Part shown: piece after piece, positions 1-12,529 of the stretch
Layout of the letters: every line of letters begins with the position of its first letter
Position numbering within the stretch: the first letter of the stretch is position 1
Source of the DNA: Squalus acanthias
Lineage: Eukaryota
Reading direction: 5' to 3'
NCBI GenBank assembly: GCA_030390025.1
Contig: JASTWF010000109.1
Location: forward strand, 124,001 to 188,000
DNA length: 64,000 nt
Translations under genes and position numbers: made by a program
The notes under the pieces: model-generated
Databases searched by the model: none
Seen by the model: only the letters and a program-made list of their open reading frames with translations
What the model was told of the DNA's origin: nothing

Positions 1-1028
1 CCAGTGGGGTTCTGAAGGGTTCAGTGCTAGGTCCCTTGCTTTTTGTGGTATATATCAATGATCTAGACTTGAATATAGGGGGTATGATTAAGAAGTTTGC
101 AGATGATACTAAAATCAGCTGTGTGGTTGATACTGAAGAAGGAAGCTGTAGACTGCAGGAAGATTTCAATAAATTGGTCAGATGGGCAGAACAGTGGCAA
201 ATGGAATTCAATCCGGAGAAGTGTGAGGTAATGCATTTGGAGAGGGCTAATAACGAAAGGCAATACACATTGAATGGTAGGACACTGAGTAGTGTAGAGG
301 AACAAAGGGACCTTGCAGTGCATGTCCACAGGTCCCTGAAGCTAGCAGGCCAGGTAGATAAGAAGGTTAAGAAGGCATACGGAATGTTTGCCTTTATTAG
401 CCGTGGCATAGAATACAAGAGCAGGGGGGTTATGCTTCGACTGTATAAAACAATAGTTGGGCCTCAGCTAGAGTACTGCGTGCAGTTCTGATCAACACAT
501 CACCGCAAATATGTGATAGCAGTGGAGAGGTTACAGAGGAGATTTACAAGGATGTTGCCGGGAGTAGAGAATCTTAGCTAAGAGGAAAGACTGGATTGGC
601 TGGTCCTGTTTTCCTTGGAACAGAGGAGGCTGAGGGGAGACATTATTGAGGTGTATAAAATGATGAGGGGTCTAGATAAAGTGGATAGAAAGGACATATT
701 TCCCTTAGCAGAGGGGTCAAAAACTAGGGGGAACAGATTTAACTAATTGGTGGAAGGTTTAGATGTGATTTGAGGGGAAATTTCGTCACCCGGAGGATTG
801 TGGGGGTCTGGAACGCACTGCCTGAAAGGGTGGTAGAGGCAGAAACCCTAACCACATTTAAAAAGTACTTGGATGTGCACTTGGGATGCTGTAACCTGCA
901 GTGCTACGGACCAAGAGCTAGAAAGTGGGATTAGGATGGATATATCTTTGTTGGCCGGCGCGGATAGGATGGGCCGAAATTGCCTCCTTCCGTGCTTTAA
1001 ATGTCTATGATTCTATGATTCTATGATT
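1..1028 (+). mobile_element. CR1-type LINE, 3' part of ORF2 (reverse transcriptase) and 3' tail, decayed
   Basis: ORF 24-491 has PLLFVVYINDLD and KFADDTK RT motifs; in-frame stops follow; ends in (TTCTATGA)n tail at ~1004-1028. Confidence 0.92.
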
Positions 1029-1269
1029 AGACGCCTAGTTAATGTGCTCTGAGGTTGAGGTGGAATCCACAATCTACTGATTCTGAAACCAGAATCATGT
1101 CACTTTAGCCAAGCTGCCACTAAAATATCTCATGGACTCAGGTGAAATTTGATATCCACTATTTTAAAATAATTTTGGATAATATCGTTGTCATTAAGCG
1201 TCCGTATACTAATATCACAAATATCAACTTCAAGAGTACAATTAGAAAAGTTGTGATTCGTGTAATTTA

Positions 1270-1900
1270 AATAGATAGAATCGTGCAATCTTATTGCACA
1301 GAAGGAACATTCGGCACATTGCGCCTGTGTCCGCTCTTTGAAGGAGATATCCAATTAGTTCCACTCTCCTGCTCTTTCTCCAACGGCCTGCAAATGCTTC
1401 CTTTACAACATATTTCCAAGTCCCTTTTGATAGTTTATGTTGACTCTGCTTCCAGCAGCCTTTCAGGCAGTGCATTCCAGATCAAAACAACTTGCTGTTC
1501 TAAAAATTCTCCTCTTCTCCCTCTGATTTTTAGCTAAATATATGAAACCTGTGTCCTCTGGTCACCGACACTCCTGTCAGTTACATCTGTATCTCACTAT
1601 CAGATTTATCAAATTCCTTCAGAAAGACACAGCTTGGAAAGGCAGGGGCATTAATTTCTGATTGCTGCCAGAGATTGATTGGTAGATTTTAGTTAGGAAA
1701 GGATATTAAGGGTAACAAAACAAAGGTGGTTTGATAGGGTTAATATATAGCTCGATGGGGATTCTGTGTGAGAAAGCAGGGATAGGGTACTGGATTTGGA
1801 TGATCAGCCATGATCGTATTGAATGGTGGAGCGGGCTCGACGGGCTGAATGGCCTACTCCTGCTCCTAGTTTCTATGTCTCTATGTTTCTATATAACGAT
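1270..1900. mobile_element. Short decayed CR1-type 3'-end fragments in both orientations
   Basis: Similar to the 3' UTR/tail of the neighbouring CR1 copies (e.g. gggctgaatggcctactcctgctcc...ttctatg). Confidence 0.6.
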
Positions 1901-1974
1901 CAGCCATGATGTGATTAAACAGAGGCATGGCAGTATTACCTGAGAAAGGGTATCGTGTAACTTAAAGAGCAGTA

Positions 1975-3130
1975 TGGTCTAGTGCATCAATATCAGCTAA
2001 AAGGTCGAATGCAATAGAAACTGACCTTGTCTGGTGCAATAACAAACGAGACAGTGCCTAGTGTAACATAAACAGACAATGCAGAGTGTAATATAAACAG
2101 AGGCAGAGTTTAGTGTAATAGAAATAGAGATATTGTCTGGTATATTAACAACTGAGATAGGGCCTAATATAATATAAACAGAGACAGGATCTATGGTAAA
2201 ATAAACATAGACAGGGTCTTGTGTAATATAAAGAGAGACAGACCTAGTGTAATATAAACAGAGACGCGGTCTAGTGTAATATAAACAGAGACAGGGATTT
2301 GTGTAATATAAACAGAGACATGGTCTAGTGTAATATAAACAGAGACAGGTCTGGTGCAATATAAACAGAGACAGGGTCTAGTGTAAAATAAATAGTGACA
2401 GGGCCTAGTGTAATATAAACAGAGACGGGGTCTAGTGTATTATAAATAGAGACAGGGACTAGTGCAAAATAAACAGCGATAGGGCCTATTGTAATTTAAA
2501 CAGAGACAGGATCTAGTGTAATATAAGCAGAGACATGGTCTAGTGTAATATAAACATTGACAGGGTCTAGTTTAATGATAACAGCAATAGGGCAGATTGT
2601 AATATAAACAGAGACAGCGCCCAGGGTAATATAAACAGAGACAGAGTCCAGTGTAAAGTAAACAAAGACAGGGTCTAGTGTAATATAAACAGAGACAGGG
2701 TCTAGTTTAATAATAACAGCAATAGGGCAGATTGTAATATAAACAGAGACAGCGCCTAGGGTAATATAAACAGAGACAGAGTCTATTGTAAAGTAAACAA
2801 AGACAGGGTCTAGTGTAATATAAACGCAGACAGTGTCTAGTGCAATATAAACAGAGACCGGATCTAGTGTAATACAAACAGAGACAGTGTCTAGTGTAAT
2901 TTAAACAGAGACAGGGTCTAGTGTAATATAATCAGAGACAGGGTCTAGTGTAATTTTAGCAGAGACAGGGTCTAGTTTAATATAAACAGAGACAGTGTCT
3001 AGTGTAATATAAACAGAGACAGGGTCTAGTGTAATATAATCAGAGACAGGGTCTAGTGTAATATTAGCAGAGACAGGGTCTAGTTTAATATAAACAGAGA
3101 CAGGTTCTAGTGTAATATAAACAGAGACAA
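1975..3130. repeat. 27-bp tandem minisatellite (AGTGTAATATAAACAGAGACAGGGTCT)n
   Basis: Direct periodicity; translates as 9-aa YITLDPVSV repeats. Confidence 0.95.
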
Positions 3131-3134
3131 CTCG

Positions 3135-6100
3135 CTGATAGCGCAAAAAACTGGAGGGTTGCACCTCAACAAACTTGGATCAATGTCCTCGCGGGGTCGG
3201 GGTGGGGGGGGGGCAGTGATTGGGTGTTGCTGATGCTGTAGGGGAGGGTTTAACCTAGCTTGGCAGGGGGGTGGGAATCTGAGAGTATTTTCAGATTGGC
3301 AAGAAGCAAACCTGGAAATTAGTAAGCGAGGTTGGAGGGCAGAGGAAAAAAAGACTATTAAATGTACAACAAATAAGTTTGGCAGTGCTAAATGCCATAT
3401 TTGTCAAAGCAAGGAGTCTGGGGATTAAAGCAGATGATCTGAGCGCACATACAGACACGTGAGAGTATGATATTATAGCTGTTAATGAGACATGGCTGAA
3501 AGAAGGACAGGAATGGCAACTCAACATTCCTGGTTACAGGGATTCAGACGAGATAGATGGGGGGATTAAAAAGAGGCCGGGTCGCAATATTGATTAAAGA
3601 ATCAATTACAGCTGTGAGGATGTACGATATCTTAGAACGATTATCAAATGCGGCCACATGGGTTGAACTGATATACAAAAAAGAGGCAATCGCATTGCTG
3701 GTCAGAGGGAGTTAGAAGAGCAAATATGTGAGAAAATTTCTGAGACGTGCAGAAATAGGACAGCAACAGGAGGGGATTTCAACTCCCCTAATAATAACTG
3801 CTATAAAATTAGTTTGAAAGTTATAGAGGGAGCAGAATTCTTAAAATTAATTCAGGAGATCATTTTGTAGCCAGTACGTAGCAAGCCCAACAAGAGAGGG
3901 TGCGGTTTTGGATCTAGTTTTAGGGAATGAAGCTGGACAGGTGGAAAGGGTATCAGTGGGAGTGCATGTTGCTGGTAGTGATCATAACTCAGTTAGACTT
4001 AGGGCAGTTTATGAAAAGGACAAGGACAGACCAGGAATTAATGTTCTCAATTGGGGAGAAGCTAATTTTACTAAGCTGAGAGGTGATTTAGCCAAGCTGG
4101 ACTGGAGACAGAAATCTGAAGGTAAACCAGTGTCAGAGCAGTGGGAGGCATTCAAGGAGGAGATAGTGCGGGTTCAGAGCAAGTATGATCCCTTAAAGAA
4201 AAAGGGTGGGACTAACAAATCTAGAGCTCCCTGGATGTCATGTGCCTAAAGGGTAGGATAAAGATAAAAAAGTGAAGATGATGACAGATCTCGAGGACTC
4301 AACACTGCAGAAAGCCGAGAGGAGAATAGAAAGAGCAGCGGTGACGTTCAATAGGAAATTAGAAAAGCAAAGAGAGGGCATGAAACAATATTGGCAAGGA
4401 AAATCAAGGAAAATCCAAAGATGTTTTATAAATACATTAAGAGCAAGAGGATAACTAAAGTAAGTGTAGGGCCTATTAATGACCATAAAGGTAACATGTG
4501 TGTGGAAGGGAAGACATGGATATGGTTCTTAATGAATACTTTGCTTCTGTTTTCACAAAAGAGACGGACGATGCAGACATTGCAATCAGGGGGGAGTAGT
4601 GTGAAATATTAGATGAAATAAACAGAGTGAAAGAGGAATTATTAAGGGATTTAGCCTCTTTGAAAGTGGATAAATCTCGAGGCCCGAATTATAAGCATCC
4701 CAGACTGTTAAGAGAAGTAAGGGAGGAAATACCAAAGGCTCTGATAATCATTTTCCAATCCTGTCTAGTTACAGGTGTGGTGCCGGAGGACTGGAGGACT
4801 GCTGATGTGTTACCGTTGTTCAAAAAGGGAGAAAAGGAAAGTCCGATTAATTATAGGCCAGCCTGCCTAACTTCTGTGGTGGGAACATTTTGAGAAATAT
4901 TCTAAAGAACGGGATAAATCATAATTTTGAAGTACACGGATTAATCAGGGACAGTCAGCATGGATTTGTAAAGGGAAGGTCGTGTCGATTAAATTGATTG
5001 CATTTTTGAGGAGGTAACAAGGAGGTTCGATGAGGGTAGTGCATTTGATGCAGGTTATATTGATTTTAGCAAGGCTTTTAATAAGGTCCCGCATGGTAGA
5101 TTGGTCAGGAAAGTAAAAGCCCAAGGGATCCAAGGCAAAGTGGCAAGTTGGTTCCAAAATTGGCTCAGAGGTAGGAAACCAAGGGTAATGGTAGAAGTGT
5201 GTTTTTGTGAATGGAAGACTGTTTCCAGTGGGGTTCTGCAGGGTCCAGTGTTGGGCCTTTGCTTTTTTGTCGTATATATGAATGATTTGAACTTGAATGT
5301 AGGAAGTATGATTACGAATTTTGCAGATGATACAAAATGTAGTCGTGTGGTTGATAATAAAGAAGAAAGCTGTAGAATGCAGGACGATATCATATCAATG
5401 GACTGGTCAGGTGGGCAGAACAGTGGCAAATGGAATTCAATCTGGAGAAGTGTGAGATAATACTTTTGGGGAGGGCTAACAAGGCAAGGGAATACACTAT
5501 AAATGGTAGGACACTGAGAAGTGCAGAAGATCAGAGGGACCTTGGAGTGCTTGTCCACAGATCCCGGAAGGTAGCAGGAAAGGTCGATAAGGTGGTTAAG
5601 AAGGCATACGGAATACTTGCCTTTATTAGGTGAGGCATAGAATATAAGAGCAGCAGGTTATGCTTCAACTGTTTAAAATACTAGTTAGGCCGCAGCTAGA
5701 ATACTGCACGCAGTTCTGGTCACCTCATTACAAGAAGGATGTGATTGCACTAGACGGGGATGCAGAGGAGATTTACGAGGATTTTGCCCAAGCTGGGGAA
5801 TATTTAGCTATGAGGAAAAATTCGATAGGATGGGGTTGTTTTCTTTGGAACAGTGGAGGCTGATGTGAGACCCAATTGAGGTGTAAAATATTATGAGAGG
5901 CCTCGATAGAGTTGATACGAAAGAGCTATTTCCCTTAGCAGAAGTGTCAATAAACAGGCGACATAGATTTAAAGTAATTGGTCGGTGGTTTACAGGTGAT
6001 TTGAGGAGAATTCTTTCAACCCAGCGAGTGGTGGAGTCTGGAACTCAGTACCTGAAAGGGTGGTCGAGGCAGAGACACTCAACACTTTTAAAAATACTTC

Positions 6101-6249
6101 GATATGAAGTTGAAGTGACGTAACCTACAAGGCTACGGACCAAGTGCTGGAAAGTGGGATTAGGGTGGATAGCTCTTTGTCGGCCGGCATGGACAAGATG
6201 CAACGAATGGCCTCGTTCTGTGCGTTAAATTTCTATGATTCTTTGATGA
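3135..6249 (+). mobile_element. CR1-type LINE ORF2 (APE endonuclease + RT), frameshifted
   Basis: Fragments with DLVLGN, SDHN, PEDWRTA, PLFKKG, FADDTK, RPQLEYC; TTCTATGA tail at ~6231-6249. Confidence 0.92.
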
Positions 6250-6534
6250 ACCTGTATCCAGCCATGCCCACTGGCGCAGAAGGCTCAAAGTACCCGCGAC
6301 ACCATGTGTTTCCCTTCTCTCATCTGCTCAAATACTTTCTGAAAGCTGGATACACTTTGTGTGTATAACTGAAAAATGGAGAGAGTCGGTGTGGATAACA
6401 GAAAAAGGTCCAGAGATTGTGTGTGTGTCTGAAGGGCCTCAGGCTCTGGTAATCATTGCCAGCGTTGCGCTCCCTGATGTATACCGTGTTGTATTCGCCC
6501 TGGGACTGTTTGATTGATCAGTGTAGAGGGAGAT

Positions 6535-9480
6535 ATAGAATCATAGAGTTATACAGCACAGAAAGAGGCCCTTCGGCCCTTCGTGTCCGCGCTGGCCATC
6601 AAGCCCTGTCTATTCGAATCCCATTTTCCAGCACCTGGTCCGTAGCCTTGTATGCTATGGCGTTTCAAGTGCTCATCTAAATGCTTCTCGAATGTTGTGA
6701 GGGTTCCTGCCTCTACCACCCTTTCAGGCAGTGATTTCCAGATTCCAACCACCCTCTGGGTGATTTTTTTTTCCCTCAAAACCCCTCTTAACCTCCTGCC
6801 CCTTACCTTGAAACTCTGCCCCCTGGTTATTGACCCCTCTATTAAGGGGAAAAGTTTATTTCCATCTACCCTATCTATGCCGCTCATAATTTTATACACC
6901 TCAATCAGGTCCCCCCTCAGCATACTCTACTCTAAGGAAAACAACCCCAGCCTTTCCAGTCTCTCTTCATAGCTGAAGCGCTCCTGCCCAGGTAACGTCC
7001 CTGATGAATCTCCTCTGCACCCTCTCCAATGCAATCACATCCTTCCTATAGTGTGGCGACCGCAAGTGCACACTGTATTCCAGCTGTGGCCTAACTAGCG
7101 TATTGTACATCTCTATCTTAACCTCCTTGCTCTTATATTCTATGCCTCTGCTAAAGAGTGAAAGTAACCCATATGCCTTTTTAACCACCTTCTCTACCTG
7201 TCCTGCTGCCTTCGGGGATCTATGTACATGCACACCAAGGTCCATCTGATCCTCTGTCCTTCCTAGGATCCTTCTATTCATTGTGTATTCCCTTGCCTTG
7301 TTTGTCCTCCCAAAATGCATCACCTCACACTTTTCATGGTTGAATACCATTTGCCAGTGTTCTGCCCATCTGACCAACCCGTCTATTTCGTTCTGCAGCC
7401 TCCGGCTTCCGTCCTCGCAATTTACCACTTCACCAGTTTTCGTGTCATCTGCGAACTTACTGAAAATACCTTCTGCATTCATATCTAAATCATTAATGTC
7501 CACTACAAACAGCAAAAGATCCAGCAGCGATCCCTGCAGTACACCACTAGACTCAGGCTTCCAGTCACAAAAACAACCTTCGACCATCACACTCTGCCTC
7601 CTTCCACCAAGCCAATTTTGGATCCAATGTGCCAAATTGCCTTGGATCCCATGGGCTCTTACCTTCTTGACCATTCTTCCAGATGCAATTTTGTCAAAAG
7701 CCTTACTGAAGTCCCTGTATACTACATCAACTGCACTATCCTCATCCACACACCTAGTCACTCCCGTCGAAAAGTTCAATCAAATTGTTCAAACATGATC
7801 TCCCCTGACAAAGCCATGCTGACTAGCCCTCATTAATCCCTGCCTCTCCAAGTGGAGACTAATGCTGTCCCACAGAATTTTTTCCAATATTATGCCTAAC
7901 ACTGATGTTAGGCTCACTGGCCAGTAACTCATTGGTTTTTCCCTACTACCCTTCTTGAATAATGGTACTACGTTAGCTGTTCTCCAGTCCTCTGGCACAT
8001 CCCCTGTGCCCAAAGAGGTTCTGAAAATGTATGTCAGAGCCCCTGCAATCTCCTCCCTTGCCTCACAGAGCAGCCTGGGATACATCCCGTCAGGGCATGT
8101 GAATTTATCCACTTTTTAGCCCGCTAAAACCTCCAGTACTTTCTTCCTCTCAATACTAATTTGTTCAGGTATATCACAATCCCCCCTGCCTGATTTCGAA
8201 GCCTACATCGTCCTTCTCCATAGTGAACACGGATGCAAAATATTCATTTAAAACCTCACCTACATCTTCCGGCTCTACACACAGATTGCCACTTTGGACC
8301 CTAATGGGCACTACTCTTTCCCTGGTTATCCTCTTGCCCTTAATGTACTTATAAAACAGCTTGGGATTTTCCTTTATTTTGCCCGCCAGTGTTTTTTCAT
8401 GCCCCCTCTTCGCTATCCTAATTTCTTTTTTAATTACGTCCCTGCACTTTCTATACTCCTCTAGGGCTTCCACTGTTTCTAGTCTATGTATCTCCCAAAA
8501 GCCTCCTTTTTCTTCCTAATCCTTTCTTGTATATCCCTAGACATCCAGGCTTCACTGGGATTGTTGTTCCCACCCTTTACCTTGACGGGAACATGTTGGC
8601 GTTGCACTCTCTCTATTTCCTTTATGGAAGACTCCCATTGCTCTGATGTGGATTTTCCTACAATTAGCTGGTCCCAGTCCATTTTGGCCAGATCATGCCT
8701 TATCCTATTAAAATCGGCCTTCCCCCAGTTTAGAAACTTTATTTCCGGTCCACCTTTGTCCTTTTCCATGACTACCTTAAGTCTCACCGAATTATGGTCA
8801 CTGTCACCAAAATGGTCTCCTACTGACACATGCACCACTTGCCCGGCTACATTCCCTAGAATTAGGTCCAGTACCGCCCCCTCACTTGTCGAACTTTCTA
8901 CATGCTGGCACAAAAAGCTCTCCTGGATGCACTTTAAGAATTCTGCAACCTCTAAGCCTTTCACACTCTGACTATCCCAGTTAATATTGGGGAAGTTGAA
9001 ATCCCCTACTATTATTACACTATTATTTCTACACTACTTTGAAATTTGCCTACGTATCTGCTCCTCTATCGCCCTCTGACTGTTTGGGGGCCTATAATAC
9101 ACTCCCAGCAAAGTGCTTGCCAGCTTTTTGATTTTAAATTCTACCCATATGGCCTCATTCGCGGGACCTGGTAAGATATCATCCCTCCTTAAAGCAATAA
9201 TTGACTCCTTGAATAATATTGCGACACCCCCTCCTCTTTTACACCACAATCTGTCTCGCCTGAGGAATCTATACCGCGGAATATTGAGCTGTCAGTCCTG
9301 CCCCTCTCTCAACCATGTCTCTATGATAGCAACAATATCAAACTCCCATGTTTTCATCAACACCTTCAATTCATCTGCCTTACTCGCAAGACTCCTTGCA
9401 TTAAAATAAATGCCATCTTTTCTTGCAATATTCCTTTGTGCCGTTACATATTTGCTCTGCCTTCCACACTGACTAGTTTT
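6535..9480 (-). mobile_element. CR1-type LINE ORF2 (APE + RT), frameshifted
   Basis: Minus ORFs 6549-9249 with YRPPNS, SDHNSV, DFSKAFD, FADDTK; tail atagaatcatagag at 6535. Confidence 0.93.
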
Positions 9481-9540
9481 TTCCGATATAGTTAGCAGTC
9501 TATCAACCCCTACTAGAGCTCCACTACGTATCCCTTCCCC

Positions 9541-10420
9541 TACTCTGTATCTGATCAGTGCTGTACCTGCCCAGGGAGTGTTTGATGGGACAGTGTATAA
9601 TGAGCATTACTCTGTATCTGACCAGTGCTGTACCTGCCCTGGGAGTATTTGATGGGACAGTGTAGAATGAGCATTACTCTGTGTCTGACCAGTGCTGTAC
9701 CAGCCCTGGGAGTGTTTGATGGGACAGTGTAGAATGAGCATTACTCTGTATCTGACCAGTGTTGTTCCTTCCCTGGGAAAGTTTAATGGAATAGTATAGA
9801 GACAGCTTTACTCTGTATCTCACCCGTGCTGTACCTGCCCTTGGAGTGTTTGATGGGACATTGCAGAGGTAGCTTTACTCTGTATCAAAACCGTGCTGTA
9901 CCTGCCCTTGGAGTGTTTGGTGGGAGAGTGTAGATGGAGCTTTACTCTGTATCTAACCCGTGCTGTACCTGCCCTGGGAGTGTTTGATGTGACAGTGTAG
10001 ATGGAGCTTTACTCTGTATATAACCCGTGCTGTACCTGCCCTGGGAGAGTTTGATGAGACAGTGTAGAGGGAGGTTTTCTCTGTATCTAACCCATGCTGT
10101 ACCTGCCCTGGGACTGTTTGATGGGAGAGTGTAGAGGGAGCTTTACTCTGTATCTGACCGGTGCTGTACCTTCCCTGTGATTGTTTGATGGATCAGTGTA
10201 GAGGGAGCTTTACTCTGTATCTAACCCGTGCTGTACCTGCCCTGGGACTGTTTAATGGATCAGTGTCGATGGAGCTTTACTCTGTATGACACTCGTTCTG
10301 CATTTGCCCTGGGAGTGTTTGATGGGGAGTGAAGAGGGATCTTTACTCTGTATCTAACCAGTGCTGAACCTGCCGTGGCAGTGTTAGATGGGGAGTACAA
10401 AGTGAGATTTACTCTGCCAT
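9541..10420. repeat. 67-bp satellite (TACTCTGTATCTAACCCGTGCTGTACCTGCCCTGGGAGTGTTTGATGGGACAGTGTAGAGGGAGCTT)n
   Basis: Period 67 (units start at 9541, 9608...); reverse complement of the arrays at 33.3 kb and 43.9-64 kb. Confidence 0.95.
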
Positions 10421-10786
10421 GTACTGCAATGTATCAATTTGTGATAGAGCACAGCCCTGCTCTTTAATAGAACCTGACATGTGACTCTTACAGACCATAA
10501 TATCAGAGGAGACTGCATGGTGCGGCTGGTCGCTGTACAGTCTTTCCACCTTGTCAGCCTGACATAAAAAGGCCTGGGTAAAGGTGTATTTCCTCTGATA
10601 GGACACTAGGTGGCGCAGCGGCTTCTTAACCGACGGGACTTGAGTTCAATCACAGCTCAGACAGTGCGGGTGAAAAATACCTGTCGGGGAAATAAAGAAA
10701 GGGTGATAGGGAAAATTTAGGGGTGTGTTGGAGCCTCGCAGAAAGGAAATCAGCAAAGTCTAAGTTAGTCAATTTGTCATTCAAGA

Positions 10787-10792
10787 TTTATT
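10787..10792 (-). terminator. Candidate poly(A) signal of the membrane-form IgM mRNA
   Basis: AATAAA on the minus strand ~450 nt after the TM2 stop. Confidence 0.6.
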
Positions 10793-11241
10793 AACAATTT
10801 CACAGAGTACGATTTACAGAGAATCGTTTAAAAAGGTAACACAAAGTGAATATAATAACTGAGCGTCACATTGAGAACTGAACACAGTCGGTCTGAGCTG
10901 TCAGCTATCTGTACATCTGTTACAGACACCAGAGAGAAAAAACAAGGGCTCCACATAAAGGGAAGGGAGCAATTGTGAATTAGGATTGAGAAAAAATGAC
11001 TTACTTACTCAAGACACATTCAAACAACTCTAAGATACATTTACATTAAAGTCACGATTATCTCACACATTTCAAATAGAAAGACGGAAATCAAGTGTAT
11101 ATTTTCCTCAGCTATAGATTCGGATCTTCTAACTGAAGGCATTTTACTTTGAGAATCACCAAGACGACATATTTAATTTTCAGAACACAGCGATATTAAA
11201 AAAAAGATGAGGAAAATCCACGGTGTCTTAAATTCAGCGCA

Positions 11242-11250
11242 TCACTTGAC
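11242..11250 (-). CDS. IGHM: IgM TM2 exon coding part (Val-Lys-stop)
   Basis: tcttttaaag|GTC AAG TGA; completes the canonical KVK cytoplasmic tail. Confidence 0.9.
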   Translation of the reverse strand, partial: VK

Positions 11251-11390
11251 CTTTAAAAGAGGGATAAAAGAATGAAGCAGAGTTTTAGTTTTCTGGGACA
11301 TTTATCTCAGGATTTTTATCAATGAAACTTTCAGAGATTTGTCAAACCGCTTCAGTCATGTCGAGATGTGACTGGATTGAATCTTCTCAC

Positions 11391-11518
11391 CTTCACCAGA
11401 GTGACTGCAGCGCTGTAGAAAATGCTCAGGAAGAACAGGATGATGAATGTGGAAGCGGTTGTCCAGATGTTGCCGCTCTCGTTCTCATAGTCTTCAATCC
11501 AGATGTGGTCTGAGGAAT
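11391..11518 (-). CDS. IGHM: IgM TM1 exon (membrane-proximal spacer + transmembrane helix)
   Basis: ccccgtag| DSSDHIWIEDYENESGNIWTTASTFIILFFLSIFYSAAVTLVK |gtgaga; phase 1 acceptor; antigen-receptor TM motif (TF..LF.LS.FYS..VT). Confidence 0.95.
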
Positions 11519-12529
11519 CTACGGGGATGCGGAGGAGGCAATACATTCAGATCGTTTATTAATCCAGGATATCATATTCTTATTATAAACTCTCTCTTCC
11601 TTTCCTTCATGTAATAGATTTTTCTCTAATTTAATTTCCAATGAATATCTTGTGTTAAGTTAATCGCTCTCAGCAACCAATCTCTGTTCCTAACTCAACA
11701 GCCGCTCTTCCGTAATGATCCTCATATAGACCGTGTAGGAAAATATGATATTTTTTCTTCCCTGTCAGACGCTAAATGATTTTGCATCATTTTCATACGA
11801 TCTATCGTTCTGGAGAAATGTGATGAAATATCGAGGCAGGTTTATTGATTCATATCGATTATTTTAACGATAGGTTTACAAAGGTACTTATTTGCAGACT
11901 ATCAAGGGGGCTGGGTAAGCGATTAGAGGTGAGCTATAAGCTGGTTTATTTATTTGTGATGGCAATGCTTTGAACATAATTAAATGTTATCAGTTTCCAA
12001 CTATTAACATTGATTCAGTGCATGTGTCGAATCAGAATATAGAAATGTGAGATGTCATGTCATCAGGAATTATTTATTCAGGACAATCGTTGGAGACTGT
12101 GTTCCTTCAAAAAGTGCATTTTAATTCTAAATTCGTCTAGAGCCTTACATATTTGCGCTTTAGTATTTGCAAATGTGTGTATGTGTGTATGTGTGTATGA
12201 CTGTCTCTTGCATTGCTTTAGTTTGCTATACTGTGTGTTTATCTGCATGTGTTTATGTGTTGAAGTGTAAGTGTCTGTGTGGGTTATTTTGGAAGTGTAT
12301 GTGGTTATGTGTAATTCAATGTAACTGTGTTCATGTGTAAGTGTGCGTCTATATTTGTAAGTTTGTGTATATTTATGTTAAAGTACGGGTGTGTTTCTGT
12401 GTAAATGCGATCATGTGTACATTTATCTGCAAGTGAGTGCATGTGTGTGTTTATGTGTAAGTGTCTGTGTAAGTTTATTTTAAGCGTGTGTCTGCTTATG
12501 TGTAATTATGTGATTTGTTGCATGTAAGT

